A stretch of 24,000 bases of DNA from an uncultured Gemmatimonadaceae bacterium (GCA_964649855.1 CAZYTS010000023.1:1-24000), one strand, 5' to 3'; positions 9,437 to 18,409 are shown, numbered from the stretch's first letter. Program-made: numbers and translations. The notes: generated by a model not told the origin, from the sequence alone.

Positions 9437-10672
9437 ATGGCTTTTGGCACCGTTCAACAGGCAATAGACGACATCAGGAACGGCAAGTTCGTGGTTGTCG
9501 CCGATGACGAGGACCGTGAGAACGAGGGAGACCTCATTTGCGCGGCCCAACTCGTCACGGCGGACATGATCAATTTCATGCTCCGCGCAAAGGGGATGAT
9601 CTGCGTTGCACTGACACCAGAGCGGGTAAGAGAACTGGGACTCACAATGCAGGCGCGGGAAAATACAGAAGCCATGCGCACTGCATTCACGCAGAGCATA
9701 GATGCCGCCGAGAAGTACGGAGTCACTACGGGAATCAGCGCATCCGATCGTGCGACGACGATCCGCGTTGCAGGAGACCCGTTGAAGGGTCGCGACGACA
9801 TCAGGAAGCCGGGGCACGTACACCCGCTCAGGTCACGCGAGGGCGGAGTGCTTCAACGAGTCGGCCACACCGAAGCGGCGGTCGATCTCTGCCGCTTTGC
9901 CGGGTTATATCCGGCCGGCGTGATCTGCGAGATACTGGGAGAGGATGGTCAGACCATGCGGCGCGACGCGCTCGATCGGTTTGCCGCCGAACATGGACTC
10001 ACCTTCATAACGGTTGCCGATCTTGTTGCGCATCGTTTGCAGCACGAGCGGCTGGTGCATCGGGTAGCCAGGGCGCGTCTCCCCTCGGACATTGGTGGCG
10101 ATGGCTGGGATGTTGTCGGCTACAGCAACGACGTTGATGATCGCGAGCATGTAGCGCTGGTCTACGGCGATGTTGAAAATGTGCCCGACGTGCTCGTGCG
10201 TATGCACTCCAAATGCCTGACCGGCGACGTCTTTCATTCGCGTCGTTGTGACTGTGGCTGGCAGTTGCATGCAGCCATGGAAATGATTGCCCACGAGGGC
10301 CGGGGAGTGGTGGTTTACCTTGACCAGGAAGGGCGGGGGATTGGCCTTCTCAATAAGCTCAAGGCCTACGAGCTGCAGGATGCCGGGCACGACACCGTGG
10401 AGGCCAACGAAAAGCTTGGCTTCAAGGCAGACCTGCGCAACTATGGCATTGGTGCTCAGATTCTCCTCGATCTGGGCCTAACGAGTATAAGAGTTTTGAC
10501 TAATAATCCGATGAAGCTGGTGGGTCTCAAGGGATACGGGCTGGAGATTGTGGATCGTGTGCGCATAGCCGCACCCACAACCGATGAAAACGCCAGCTAT
10601 CTCGAAACCAAACGCACCAAGCTCGGCCACCTGCTCGGCCAGACCGGAGCACTCCAGGGCGGAAAGAGCTGA
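9437..10672 (+). CDS. ribBA: 3,4-dihydroxy-2-butanone-4-phosphate synthase / GTP cyclohydrolase II fusion
   Basis: VVADDEDRENEGDLI, RTAFTQSIDAAEKYGVTTGISASDR, PGHVHPLRSREGGVLQRVGHTEAAVDL (RibB); CLTGDVFHSRRCDCGWQLHAAM, DQEGRGIGLLNKLKAYELQDAGHDTVEANEKLGF, YGIGAQILLDLG, LTNNPMKLVGLKGYGLEIV (RibA). Confidence 0.96.
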   Translation: MAFGTVQQAIDDIRNGKFVVVADDEDRENEGDLICAAQLVTADMINFMLRAKGMICVALTPERVRELGLTMQARENTEAMRTAFTQSIDAAEKYGVTTGISASDRATTIRVAGDPLKGRDDIRKPGHVHPLRSREGGVLQRVGHTEAAVDLCRFAGLYPAGVICEILGEDGQTMRRDALDRFAAEHGLTFITVADLVAHRLQHERLVHRVARARLPSDIGGDGWDVVGYSNDVDDREHVALVYGDVENVPDVLVRMHSKCLTGDVFHSRRCDCGWQLHAAMEMIAHEGRGVVVYLDQEGRGIGLLNKLKAYELQDAGHDTVEANEKLGFKADLRNYGIGAQILLDLGLTSIRVLTNNPMKLVGLKGYGLEIVDRVRIAAPTTDENASYLETKRTKLGHLLGQTGALQGGKS

Positions 10673-11151
10673 TGGCGGAGTTCTCCGGTTCACCACGCGG
10701 TAATGGTCGTCGCGTTGCCGTAGTGGTGTCGCGCTTTAACGAACACATCACTCAGCGCCTCCTTGACGGAGCTCTGGATGCTCTCGTCAGGCACGGCGTG
10801 GTGGTCTCGGATGTAGATGTGGCTTGGGTCCCAGGGGCGTGGGAGCTCCCCGGGGCGTTGCGGCGCATGCTTGCAAGCGACAGGTATACCGTAGCAGTAG
10901 CACTCGGAGCCGTGATTCGTGGCGACACTCCGCACTTTGACTATGTTGCCAGTGGTGCTGCCACCGGAATTGCCCAGGCCGAATCCGATTTTGACATGCC
11001 CATTGGATTTGGAGTGCTCACCTGCGATACGCTGGAACAGGCAGAAGCCCGGGCCGGTGGCGCACACGGAAACAAGGGATGGGACGCCGCCCTTGCTGCC
11101 CTCGAAATGGCCGATCTCTTCGACCGTCTGGATGCCGCTGACGCGACGTGA
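10672..11151 (+). CDS. ribH: 6,7-dimethyl-8-ribityllumazine synthase
   Basis: VAVVVSRFNEHITQRLLDGALDAL, VPGAWELP, GAVIRGDTPHFDYVASGAATGI, PIGFGVLTCDTLEQAEARAG. Confidence 0.96.
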   Translation: MAEFSGSPRGNGRRVAVVVSRFNEHITQRLLDGALDALVRHGVVVSDVDVAWVPGAWELPGALRRMLASDRYTVAVALGAVIRGDTPHFDYVASGAATGIAQAESDFDMPIGFGVLTCDTLEQAEARAGGAHGNKGWDAALAALEMADLFDRLDAADAT

Positions 11152-11563
11152 ACAACGCATTCGACGCCGCGCGCGGGCGCGTGCGTTGCAGTCGATCTAT
11201 GCCTGGGACGTCACTCGAAGTGGCGCGCTCGATAAAGTCGCACAGCGTCTCTTTGATGACGTTGCACTGGGCGTCGAGGAACGCGCATTTGCGGGAACAA
11301 TTATCCGTGCTCTGAGCGAGAACGCCGAGGGCATCGACAATGCCCTTGCCACTGTGACCACCAACTGGCGTCTGGATCGCATTGGCGCCATCGAACGTTC
11401 GGTGCTGCGGCTCGCGGCTGCTGAGCTTCTTGACGATTCCGTTCCTCCCAGAGTCGCGATCCAGGAAGCAGTCAAACTGGCAGAGCGCTATGGGTCGCCC
11501 GAGAGCGCACGTTTTGTCAACGGCGTACTGGACGCTCTGGCGCGGAGCACCGGGAGACTCTGA
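11132..11563 (+). CDS. nusB: Transcription antitermination factor NusB
   Basis: MPLTRREQRIRRRARARALQSIYAWDV, VDNALATVTTNWRLDRIGAIERSVLRLAAAELL, PPRVAIQEAVKLAERYGSPESARFVNGVLDAL. The in-frame ATG at 11132 overlaps the end of ribH; the listed ORF starts at 10919 because the frame is open upstream. Confidence 0.92.
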   Translation: MPLTRREQRIRRRARARALQSIYAWDVTRSGALDKVAQRLFDDVALGVEERAFAGTIIRALSENAEGIDNALATVTTNWRLDRIGAIERSVLRLAAAELLDDSVPPRVAIQEAVKLAERYGSPESARFVNGVLDALARSTGRL

Positions 11564-11565
11564 GC

Positions 11566-12669
11566 TTGCGGATCCTAGTCCTCAATTGGCAGGATCGACT
11601 GAACCCGCAAGCGGGTGGCGCAGAGATTCACCTGCACGAAACCTTTGGGCGAATTGCCCAGCGCGGTCATGATGTTACGCTGCTTTGTGGCGGCTGGCCC
11701 GGCTGCCCTCCATCGGACGTGCTCGATGGTATCAAAGTGGTTCGCGTGGGTACTCGTGCTACCTTTGCACTCAAGGCGCGTTCGGCGTTCGGGGAGCTCA
11801 CGCGTGGCGACGCTTTCGACGTCGTAGTCGAGGACATCAACAAGGTGCCCCTCTTCACTCCACGCTGGACTCATTTGCCAGTCGTGGCCGTGGTGCCGCA
11901 CCTGTTTGGGGCGACCGCGTTTCAGGAACTGCCCGCTCCGGTTGCGGCCGCCGTGTGGTTGCTCGAACGGCCGCTCCCCGGTGTATACGCGAATGTGCCC
12001 TTTCAGGTGATCAGCGAGAGCACGAGAGACGACCTCGTTGCACGCGGAATATCCGCCGAACGCATAAGCGTCATCTATTGCGGCATCGACACTGAACGTT
12101 ACCATCCTGACCTCTCCCAGAGGTCGCCAACGCCCGTTTTCGCGTACCTCGGCCGTCTCAAGAAGTACAAGAGGGTAGACCTGATCTTGCAGGCTTTTTC
12201 GAGACTGGGTCGGGACGACGCCGTGCTCGAGATCGCCGGTGCCGGTGACTATCGAGGCGAGCTCGAGCGCATTGCCCGGTCGCTTGACCTTGGGGGACGT
12301 GTGCGGTTTCTTGGGCGGATAAGCGAGAGTGAAAAGCTCGCGCTGCTTCGCCGTTCCTGGGCATTGGCTTTCACCTCACCCAAGGAGGGGTGGGGCATCA
12401 CGAATCTCGAGGCGGCTGCCTGCTGTACGCCGGTTGTCGCGTCTGATTCACCTGGCATTCGCGAGTCTGTACGCCACGGAGTGACTGGTTTCTTAGCACC
12501 GCATGGAGATGTCGAAGCGCTGGCGACTTACATGCGTCAGGTCGCCGCCGATCGTTCGCTGGTAGAAACGCTCGGAAGCGCCGCACGCGAATTTGCTCTC
12601 GGTTTTACGTGGGAACGCACTGCAAAGGAGACAGAATCCGAACTGGAGAAACATGCAGCAAGGAGGTAA
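11566..12669 (+). CDS. GT4-family glycosyltransferase
   Basis: TTG start 2 nt after nusB. LNPQAGGAEIHLHETFGRIAQRGHDVTLLC, YLGRLKKYKRVDLILQAF, RVRFLGRISESEKLALLRRSWALAFTSPKEGWGITNLEAAACCTPVVASDSPGIRESV (the usual E-x7-E-type donor site region). Confidence 0.9.
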   Translation: MRILVLNWQDRLNPQAGGAEIHLHETFGRIAQRGHDVTLLCGGWPGCPPSDVLDGIKVVRVGTRATFALKARSAFGELTRGDAFDVVVEDINKVPLFTPRWTHLPVVAVVPHLFGATAFQELPAPVAAAVWLLERPLPGVYANVPFQVISESTRDDLVARGISAERISVIYCGIDTERYHPDLSQRSPTPVFAYLGRLKKYKRVDLILQAFSRLGRDDAVLEIAGAGDYRGELERIARSLDLGGRVRFLGRISESEKLALLRRSWALAFTSPKEGWGITNLEAAACCTPVVASDSPGIRESVRHGVTGFLAPHGDVEALATYMRQVAADRSLVETLGSAAREFALGFTWERTAKETESELEKHAARR

Positions 12670-12673
12670 CGGA

Positions 12674-12985
12674 ATGGATATCGTATGGCATGCCCACAAG
12701 GCGGTAGTATCTCCGCGCCTTCGATCACGCGCGGAACGCGGGGTGGAGAAGGCTGCGTCGCGCCTCAATCGCACCGTGATAGCCAGCATTCGTTTCGAAC
12801 GTGAACTGACGCGCTGCCGCGTTGAACTGATGCTGCACGCGCCCCGTCACAAAACGCTCATTGCAGAAGGGTGGGGGCGCTACTATGGTCCAGCCCTTGC
12901 AACAGCTCTCGATCATCTGGAGACGCAAGTAGGTCGCAACCGCAGGACAGCCAAGCAGCGCACAGCCAACATCGCACGTTCGTGA
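12674..12985 (+). CDS. Short HPF/sigma-54-modulation-like protein (ribosome hibernation family), divergent
   Basis: ATG preceded by AGGAGG (12660-12665 region). MDIVWHAHKAVVSPRLRSRAERGVEKAASRLNRTVIASIRFERELTRCRVELMLHAPRHKTLIAEGWGRYYGPALATALDHLETQVGRNRR matches the beta-alpha-beta-beta-beta-alpha layout of HPF. It lies next to hprK/PTS genes, as hpf often does. Confidence 0.65.
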   Translation: MDIVWHAHKAVVSPRLRSRAERGVEKAASRLNRTVIASIRFERELTRCRVELMLHAPRHKTLIAEGWGRYYGPALATALDHLETQVGRNRRTAKQRTANIARS

Positions 12986-13953
12986 ACCGCTCAACCACTG
13001 TAGGAAAGCTTATATCACGACTTTCCGGAACGCTTCCCATTGAGCAGTTAGGCGGCGAATACGGACACGATCGCGAACTCACCAACGCAGATATCTCCAG
13101 TCCCGGTCTGGCTCTGGCCGGATACGTCGGCCGCTTCATGTCCGACCGGGCTCAGGTTATTGGCGAAACAGAAATGACGTACCTCGCTTCGCTTGGCGAG
13201 GCGGAACGGCGCAAGAATCTTGAGCTCTTCTTTTCGTATCCGATCCCCTGCGTTTTTGTTACCAAGGGTCTGGAGCCGGTGGAGCATTTTCTGGAACTGG
13301 CCGTTCGGGGCCAGATTCCTGTCATTCGTACTTCAATCAAGACCAACGAGTTCTACCGTAGGGTAAAGCCGGTTATGGAGGAGTTGCTTGCTCCAACCGC
13401 AACTCTTCACGGTTCGCTGGCCGACGTCTATGGTGTAGGTGTGCTCTTTACCGGGGATAGCGGAATTGGCAAGTCAGAATGCGTTCTGGATCTGGTTGAG
13501 CGCGGGCACCGCCTCGTTGCGGACGATCTTGTTATAGTCACGCGCCGGGGGAACGATGTTCTGATCGGGCGTGGACACGAGCTGCAGCGGCACTATATGG
13601 AAATCCGTGGTGTTGGCCTTATCGATATTCCGGCCATTTTTGGTATTCACGCCGTGAGGCAGCAGAAACGCCTCGAAGTGGTGGTGCAACTCAAGGAATG
13701 GTCCGAAGATTCCGTGGTGGATCGGACCGGACTCGATGGTGAAATGACAACCATTCTCGGTGTCGAGATTCCGGTCACCACGGTGTTCCTGAACCCGGGC
13801 AAGAACATCACAGTCATAGGCGAAGTGATTGCCATGAACCACTTGCTTCGCTACAGCGGTGTAGATGCGGCGGAGGCATTCAATCAGCGACTAATGGGCA
13901 CCATGCGGCAGCGCGCAGACGTGCGCAGATACCTGGTAGAAGACGATGAGTAG
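12982..13953 (+). CDS. hprK: HPr kinase/phosphorylase
   Basis: GVLFTGDSGIGKSECVLDLVERGHRLVADD (Walker A), RGHELQRHYMEIRGVGLIDIPAIFGIHAVRQQKRLEVVVQLKEW (family signature). The GTG start at 12982 gives VNRSTTVGKLISRLSGTLPIEQLGG; the ORF-track start at 12871 overlaps the upstream gene. Confidence 0.94.
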   Translation: MNRSTTVGKLISRLSGTLPIEQLGGEYGHDRELTNADISSPGLALAGYVGRFMSDRAQVIGETEMTYLASLGEAERRKNLELFFSYPIPCVFVTKGLEPVEHFLELAVRGQIPVIRTSIKTNEFYRRVKPVMEELLAPTATLHGSLADVYGVGVLFTGDSGIGKSECVLDLVERGHRLVADDLVIVTRRGNDVLIGRGHELQRHYMEIRGVGLIDIPAIFGIHAVRQQKRLEVVVQLKEWSEDSVVDRTGLDGEMTTILGVEIPVTTVFLNPGKNITVIGEVIAMNHLLRYSGVDAAEAFNQRLMGTMRQRADVRRYLVEDDE

Positions 13954-14350
13954 TGTGGCAATCATCGCGGGTCACGCTTCATTTGCTGCGGGGATGCTTT
14001 CGGCAATTGAGCAGATCACCGGTCGCGGTGACGTTTTTGTGGGCGTCACCAATCGTGACCTGAGTGCCGCGGGCGTGGAGGCCGCCATGCGCAAGGCTCT
14101 GGACGACAGCGCCGCAACCGTGATTTTTACCGACCTACCGGCCGGTAGCTGTACCATGGCTGCGAGACGTCTTCAGCGCGAACGCCCTGAACTCACTCTG
14201 GTGGTTGGAGTAAATCTCGCAACTCTGATCGACTTTGTATTTGGAATCGACGGTGATGTTTCACAGGCCGCGATACACGCTGCCGAAAAGGGCAAAGCCG
14301 CGCTTCAGCCCGTAAGTACTCCATCTGGAGGGCACGCCGGTGGCGCTTGA
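13946..14350 (+). CDS. PTS mannose/fructose/sorbose-family EIIA component
   Basis: MSSVAIIAGHASFAAGMLSAIEQITG (active-site His in GH-x-x-FA), VIFTDLPAGSCTMAARRL, TLVVGVNLATLIDFVF. Confidence 0.88.
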   Translation: MSSVAIIAGHASFAAGMLSAIEQITGRGDVFVGVTNRDLSAAGVEAAMRKALDDSAATVIFTDLPAGSCTMAARRLQRERPELTLVVGVNLATLIDFVFGIDGDVSQAAIHAAEKGKAALQPVSTPSGGHAGGA

Positions 14351-14831
14351 ACTCTATCGCATCGATGACAGACTGATCCATGGCCAGGTTGTGGTGGGCT
14401 GGGGCCAGCCGCTCGATCTCGGGTTCATTGTGCTCGTGGACGACGAAGTTGCTGCCAGTGATTGGGAGCAGGAGCTCTATCGAATGGGCGTTCCCCCTGA
14501 GATGGACGTCTACTTTGAATCCGTCTCGTCGGCGGCTGATCGTCTCGACACCTTTGTTTCGGATCCACGCAAGGGAATGCTCCTTACCGGAGATATCGAA
14601 ACCATGGTGCGTCTGGCCAACCAGGCCGACGACATTCGCTACGTCAACCTTGGCGGAATTCACCACAAGAGCGGCAGGGTGCAGCGTCTGCGTTACCTCT
14701 TTCTTTCGCCCGATGAAGAGGCGTCCCTAAAGCAGCTCGCCGGTAGGGGCATTGCCATAACCGCGCAGGACGTGCCCGCTGCTCGCCCCCTGTCGCTCGA
14801 AGAGGTTCTGGACGGAGAAGGGCTACGTTGA
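14340..14831 (+). CDS. PTS mannose/fructose/sorbose-family EIIB component
   Basis: LELYRIDDRLIHGQVVVGWG is the canonical Man-family IIB active-site region; VNLGGIHHKSGRVQRLRYLFLSPDE. GTG start. Confidence 0.92.
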   Translation: MALELYRIDDRLIHGQVVVGWGQPLDLGFIVLVDDEVAASDWEQELYRMGVPPEMDVYFESVSSAADRLDTFVSDPRKGMLLTGDIETMVRLANQADDIRYVNLGGIHHKSGRVQRLRYLFLSPDEEASLKQLAGRGIAITAQDVPAARPLSLEEVLDGEGLR

Positions 14832-15511
14832 CCCTCCCCGACCTTGCAATAGTTGGGGTCCTGGGGGCAGTTCTGGGCCTCGACGTCGTTTCATTTCCGC
14901 AGGCCATGCTGTCGCTGTCAATCGTCGCCTGCACCCTTACCGCGGGACTTCTCTGTGCCGCAACCGCCGGCCTCTTGCTGGGGGTGCTCGTTGAGTTCTT
15001 CGCGTTGGAAACCCTACCGGTTGGCGCATCGCGCTACCCAGAGTGGGGATCATCCTCGGCGGTGGGTGGTGCGCTCGTTGGCGTGGGGCCTACGCCAGGA
15101 CCTGGTAGCATTCTCATGGCGGTGATTGCTACGCTGGCAATGGCATGGGTAGGGGGTTGGTCGATGGTGCAGCTGCGACGACTGAACGCTCTCTGGGCCC
15201 GTCGTCGGCATGAGGCAATAGCCGCGGGGTCGAGGCGTGTGGTGGTGGGACTCCAGCTTTATGGTCTTACTGCGGACCTGATTCGCGGTGGGTTAATGAC
15301 GATGGTAGGCATTGCTGCATTTGCGCCGGCGTCGGCATGGGCCTTGGAACGCTGGAGCCTTGGCGATACGCTCACTCGCCTCTTACTGGTTGGCATTGGT
15401 GGAGTCACGGCTGCCGGCGCCGTATACAAGGTGTTTCACGGAACCTCGCACACCAGATGGTACTTCGTAGCTGGTCTGGCTGTAGGTACACTCCTGCTCC
15501 TATGGCGATGA
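14828..15511 (+). CDS. PTS mannose-family EIIC-like membrane component (short)
   Basis: Hydrophobic multi-span protein (LPDLAIVGVLGAVLGLDVVSFPQAMLS...VEFFALETLPVGASRYPEWGSSSAVGGALVG) between EIIB and EIID. ATGA overlaps on both sides. Confidence 0.82.
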   Translation: MTLPDLAIVGVLGAVLGLDVVSFPQAMLSLSIVACTLTAGLLCAATAGLLLGVLVEFFALETLPVGASRYPEWGSSSAVGGALVGVGPTPGPGSILMAVIATLAMAWVGGWSMVQLRRLNALWARRRHEAIAAGSRRVVVGLQLYGLTADLIRGGLMTMVGIAAFAPASAWALERWSLGDTLTRLLLVGIGGVTAAGAVYKVFHGTSHTRWYFVAGLAVGTLLLLWR

Positions 15512-16266
15512 GCGAAGCGATCAAGGTGCCTGTGTCTACGAGAGCTGCGATATTTCTTCGTATGCTCGCGATTCAGGCGTCGTGGAACTACGAAACGCTC
15601 GTGGGCAACGGAATCGGCTTTGCTGTAGAGCCGGCGTTGAGGCTGTTGCCGGGTGGGCCCGATGGCGAAGCCTACCGGGAAGCGTTGGCGCGGCAGAGCC
15701 AGTACTTCAATGCGCACCCCTATACGGCGGCGGTGGCGGTAGGGGCGCTGGCCAGAATCGAGCTTGATGGCGAGGACCCCACAAAGATTACGCGATTCCG
15801 GACGGCGCTCTGCGGTCCTTTGGGCGGCATTGGTGACAGGCTTGTGTGGGCTTCGTGGCTTCCGCTAAGCGCGCTGTTGGGGCTCTTGGCCTTTGGCCTT
15901 GGAGGCGGTGCTGGAGCCACGCTTCTGGTGTTTCTCTGCGTTTATAACGCCGGGCATCTGGCGCTGCGGCTCTGGGGGATGGAGGTTGGCTTGCGCCACG
16001 GGATGAAAGTGGCGCAGTCTCTCGGGCATCCGATCCTGCGGAGCGGTCCGCAACATTTGAGTCGTGCCGGTGCTTTACTGGCGGGAGCAGCGATTCCGCT
16101 GGCAATACAGCGTGAGGTCGCCGAGGAGGGGCGACTTCTGTTTGGGCTCCTTTTGATGGTTTGTGCGGGTGGCCTTGCAATCTCGCGCCTTCGTGGTCGC
16201 TATGAGATCTGGAAGTGGTCGCTTGGAGTGCTTGCAGTGATCGCCCTTTACTCGGTACTCAGTTAA
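15508..16266 (+). CDS. PTS mannose-family EIID component
   Basis: RAAIFLRMLAIQASWNYETLVGNGIGFAVEPALRLL, RQSQYFNAHPYTAAVAVGALARIE, LCGPLGGIGDRLVWASWLPLSALLG, YNAGHLALRLWGMEVGLRHG: characteristic IID motifs. ATG at 15508 (or 15502); the ORF-track start at 15337 lies inside EIIC. Confidence 0.92.
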   Translation: MSEAIKVPVSTRAAIFLRMLAIQASWNYETLVGNGIGFAVEPALRLLPGGPDGEAYREALARQSQYFNAHPYTAAVAVGALARIELDGEDPTKITRFRTALCGPLGGIGDRLVWASWLPLSALLGLLAFGLGGGAGATLLVFLCVYNAGHLALRLWGMEVGLRHGMKVAQSLGHPILRSGPQHLSRAGALLAGAAIPLAIQREVAEEGRLLFGLLLMVCAGGLAISRLRGRYEIWKWSLGVLAVIALYSVLS

Positions 16267-16532
16267 TGGTCGAACGCTCGGTTCAGATTACAAACAAGAA
16301 CGGCATCCATGCCAGGCCGGCGGCAGAGATCGTCAAGCTGGCGGCTAAATACAAGAGCCAGATCACGCTCTGCCGGGATGATCTGGAGGTGAACGGCAAG
16401 AGCATCATGGGAGTGATGATGCTTGCGGCGGAGTTTGGATCGCAGGTGCGGTTGCGGGCCGAGGGGCCCGACGCCAGCGAAGCGATTCAGGCCATCGAGG
16501 GTCTGATCAGTGATGGTTTTGGCGAGAGCTGA
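16266..16532 (+). CDS. ptsH: Phosphocarrier protein HPr
   Basis: VQITNKNGIHARPAAEIVKLAAKYKSQITL (His active site) and VNGKSIMGVMMLAAEFGSQVRLRAEG (regulatory Ser site). Confidence 0.95.
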   Translation: MVERSVQITNKNGIHARPAAEIVKLAAKYKSQITLCRDDLEVNGKSIMGVMMLAAEFGSQVRLRAEGPDASEAIQAIEGLISDGFGES

Positions 16533-18295
16533 TGGAGCGCGTCTTCAACGGAGTATCGGCGTCACCAGGCATCGTCCTCGGCCCTGTGCATCTTTTGCAT
16601 TGGGAGGTCCCCGACGTCGCCCACCGGATAATTTCAGACGAGGAGATTCCGGGGGAGCAGCATCGTTTTAGAGAAGCGCTGGCAAAGGCAAAACAGAAGT
16701 TGCGGGCGATCGCGGCGCGTGCTGGCAAGAACGCTGGACCCGAAGAAGCTGCCATTTTCGAGGTTCAGATCAGCATCCTGGACGATCCGGAGTTCCTCGG
16801 CAAAGTCGATTCGTATATCCGGCAGAACATTGGAGCCGAGAAGGCTTTCGACGTGGTGATGCTGGAGTGGCGGCAACAGTTTGCCCGCAGTTCCGCGCCA
16901 ATGATGCGCGAGCGGGTTGGCGACCTGACCGACGTGCACATCCGCGTTCTATCGGTTCTCCTGGGTCTGGGTGATCACGACCCTGTGGACGTGCAGCCGG
17001 GGGCAGGAGCGATACTGGTAACGCACGACCTCACTCCCAGCCTGACGGTTCAGCTGGACCGCGAAGCGATTGCGGGTATTGCCACCGATTCCGGTACGCG
17101 TACGTCGCACGTGGCAATCCTTGCACGCTCGTTAGGCCTCCCGGCGGTGGTTGGTCTCCGTGACGCGACCAGCCGTTTGCGGGGCGACGAATTCATGGTG
17201 CTCGATGGCTCGAGCGGGATGCTTATAGTCAACCCGAGCGAAGCCGAGATCGAGACATTCAGGCATCGCGCTGCCGTTGAGGCTCAGGACGAAGCCGAAC
17301 TCCAGAAAACCGCAGATGCCGATGCTGTCACCACAGATGGAGTGCGGCTGACGATTCGTGCCAATGTTGATCTGCCCGACGAAGCAGAGTTTGCAGCGCG
17401 GAGCGGAGCCAAGGGCGTCGGCCTCATGCGGACTGAGTTCCTTGTGGTTGGCAGAACCACCATGCCGGACGAGGAAGAACAGTACCGTACATACGCCAAA
17501 GTCGTTGAGGCGTTTGGCGGCGACCCGGTAACTATTCGCACCTTTGATATTGGTGGTGACAAACTACCGGTTGGTGGATTCCCGCACGAAGCAAATCCCT
17601 TTCTTGGGTGGCGCGCGATTCGCATGTGCCTGGATGAGGCCGATCTGTTCAAGGTGCAGCTACGCGCGCTCTTAAGGGCCGGAACGCATGGGGATGTGCG
17701 GATCATGCTGCCGCTGGTTGTAACGCTCGAAGAAGTAACGGCCACGCGAGCTCTTCTCAAGGAATGCATCCGCGAGCTCGAAGCCCGAAACGTGCCTTTC
17801 AGGCGCGACGTGCCCATAGGTGTGATGATCGAAACGCCAGCTGCAGCAGTTGGCGCCGATACATTTGCCGAGGATGCTGAGTTCTTTAGTATCGGCACAA
17901 ATGACCTGGTGCAGTACACGCTTGCAGTGGATCGCGGCAATGCCAACATGGCGCAACGTTATACCCCGCTTCATCCATCGGTCCTGAGACTCATCAGGCA
18001 TATTGGCCGCGTGGGCTCCGACGCAGGTCTCGAAGTGTGCGTATGCGGAGAAATGGCCTCTGAGCCCCTCATGGCTTTTGTGCTCGTGGGGCTTGGCATC
18101 AGGCAACTCAGCGTAAATCCCCGCTCAGTTCCGCTCATCAAACGCGTGATTCGAGGAATCAGCGAGTCTTTTGCCCGTGAAGCCGCAGACGCTGCCCTCA
18201 GGTCAAAGACGGCAGAAGAAGCGCGTCGTGAGCTCGAATTCAGGCTCCGAGCCGCCTTCGGTAACGTGGCCTTCTTACGAGACGGCGCAGCCTGA
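16532..18295 (+). CDS. ptsI: Phosphoenolpyruvate-protein phosphotransferase (Enzyme I)
   Basis: GVSASPGIVLGPV, GTRTSHVAILARSLGLPAVVG (phospho-His), FDIGGDKLPVGGFPHEANPFLGWRAIR, IGTNDLVQYTLAVDRGNANMAQRYTPLHPSVLRLI, CGEMASEPL. Confidence 0.97.
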   Translation: MERVFNGVSASPGIVLGPVHLLHWEVPDVAHRIISDEEIPGEQHRFREALAKAKQKLRAIAARAGKNAGPEEAAIFEVQISILDDPEFLGKVDSYIRQNIGAEKAFDVVMLEWRQQFARSSAPMMRERVGDLTDVHIRVLSVLLGLGDHDPVDVQPGAGAILVTHDLTPSLTVQLDREAIAGIATDSGTRTSHVAILARSLGLPAVVGLRDATSRLRGDEFMVLDGSSGMLIVNPSEAEIETFRHRAAVEAQDEAELQKTADADAVTTDGVRLTIRANVDLPDEAEFAARSGAKGVGLMRTEFLVVGRTTMPDEEEQYRTYAKVVEAFGGDPVTIRTFDIGGDKLPVGGFPHEANPFLGWRAIRMCLDEADLFKVQLRALLRAGTHGDVRIMLPLVVTLEEVTATRALLKECIRELEARNVPFRRDVPIGVMIETPAAAVGADTFAEDAEFFSIGTNDLVQYTLAVDRGNANMAQRYTPLHPSVLRLIRHIGRVGSDAGLEVCVCGEMASEPLMAFVLVGLGIRQLSVNPRSVPLIKRVIRGISESFAREAADAALRSKTAEEARRELEFRLRAAFGNVAFLRDGAA

Positions 18296-18409
18296 GCGCG
18301 ACGTGCGCCAAAACTCCGCCGCCGTTACGTTTCCTGTACCAATCGCTTTCAGCTTCTGTTCAGATCCCCCGCGGAACTGAAACGCACCCCAACACTTACC
18401 CACGTTCCA

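Noticed and set aside
10919-11131. NusB N-terminal extension suggested by the ORF start at 10919
   Set aside because: The translation in this stretch (MATLRTLTMLPVVLPPELP...) overlaps the conserved ribH catalytic region and has no NusB similarity. The in-frame ATG at 11132 gives a normal NusB.
12871-12981. HprK N-terminal extension from ORF start 12871
   Set aside because: It overlaps the HPF-like gene and is low complexity (SSPCNSSRSSGDASRSQPQ). The GTG at 12982 gives the expected N terminus and a GTGA overlap.
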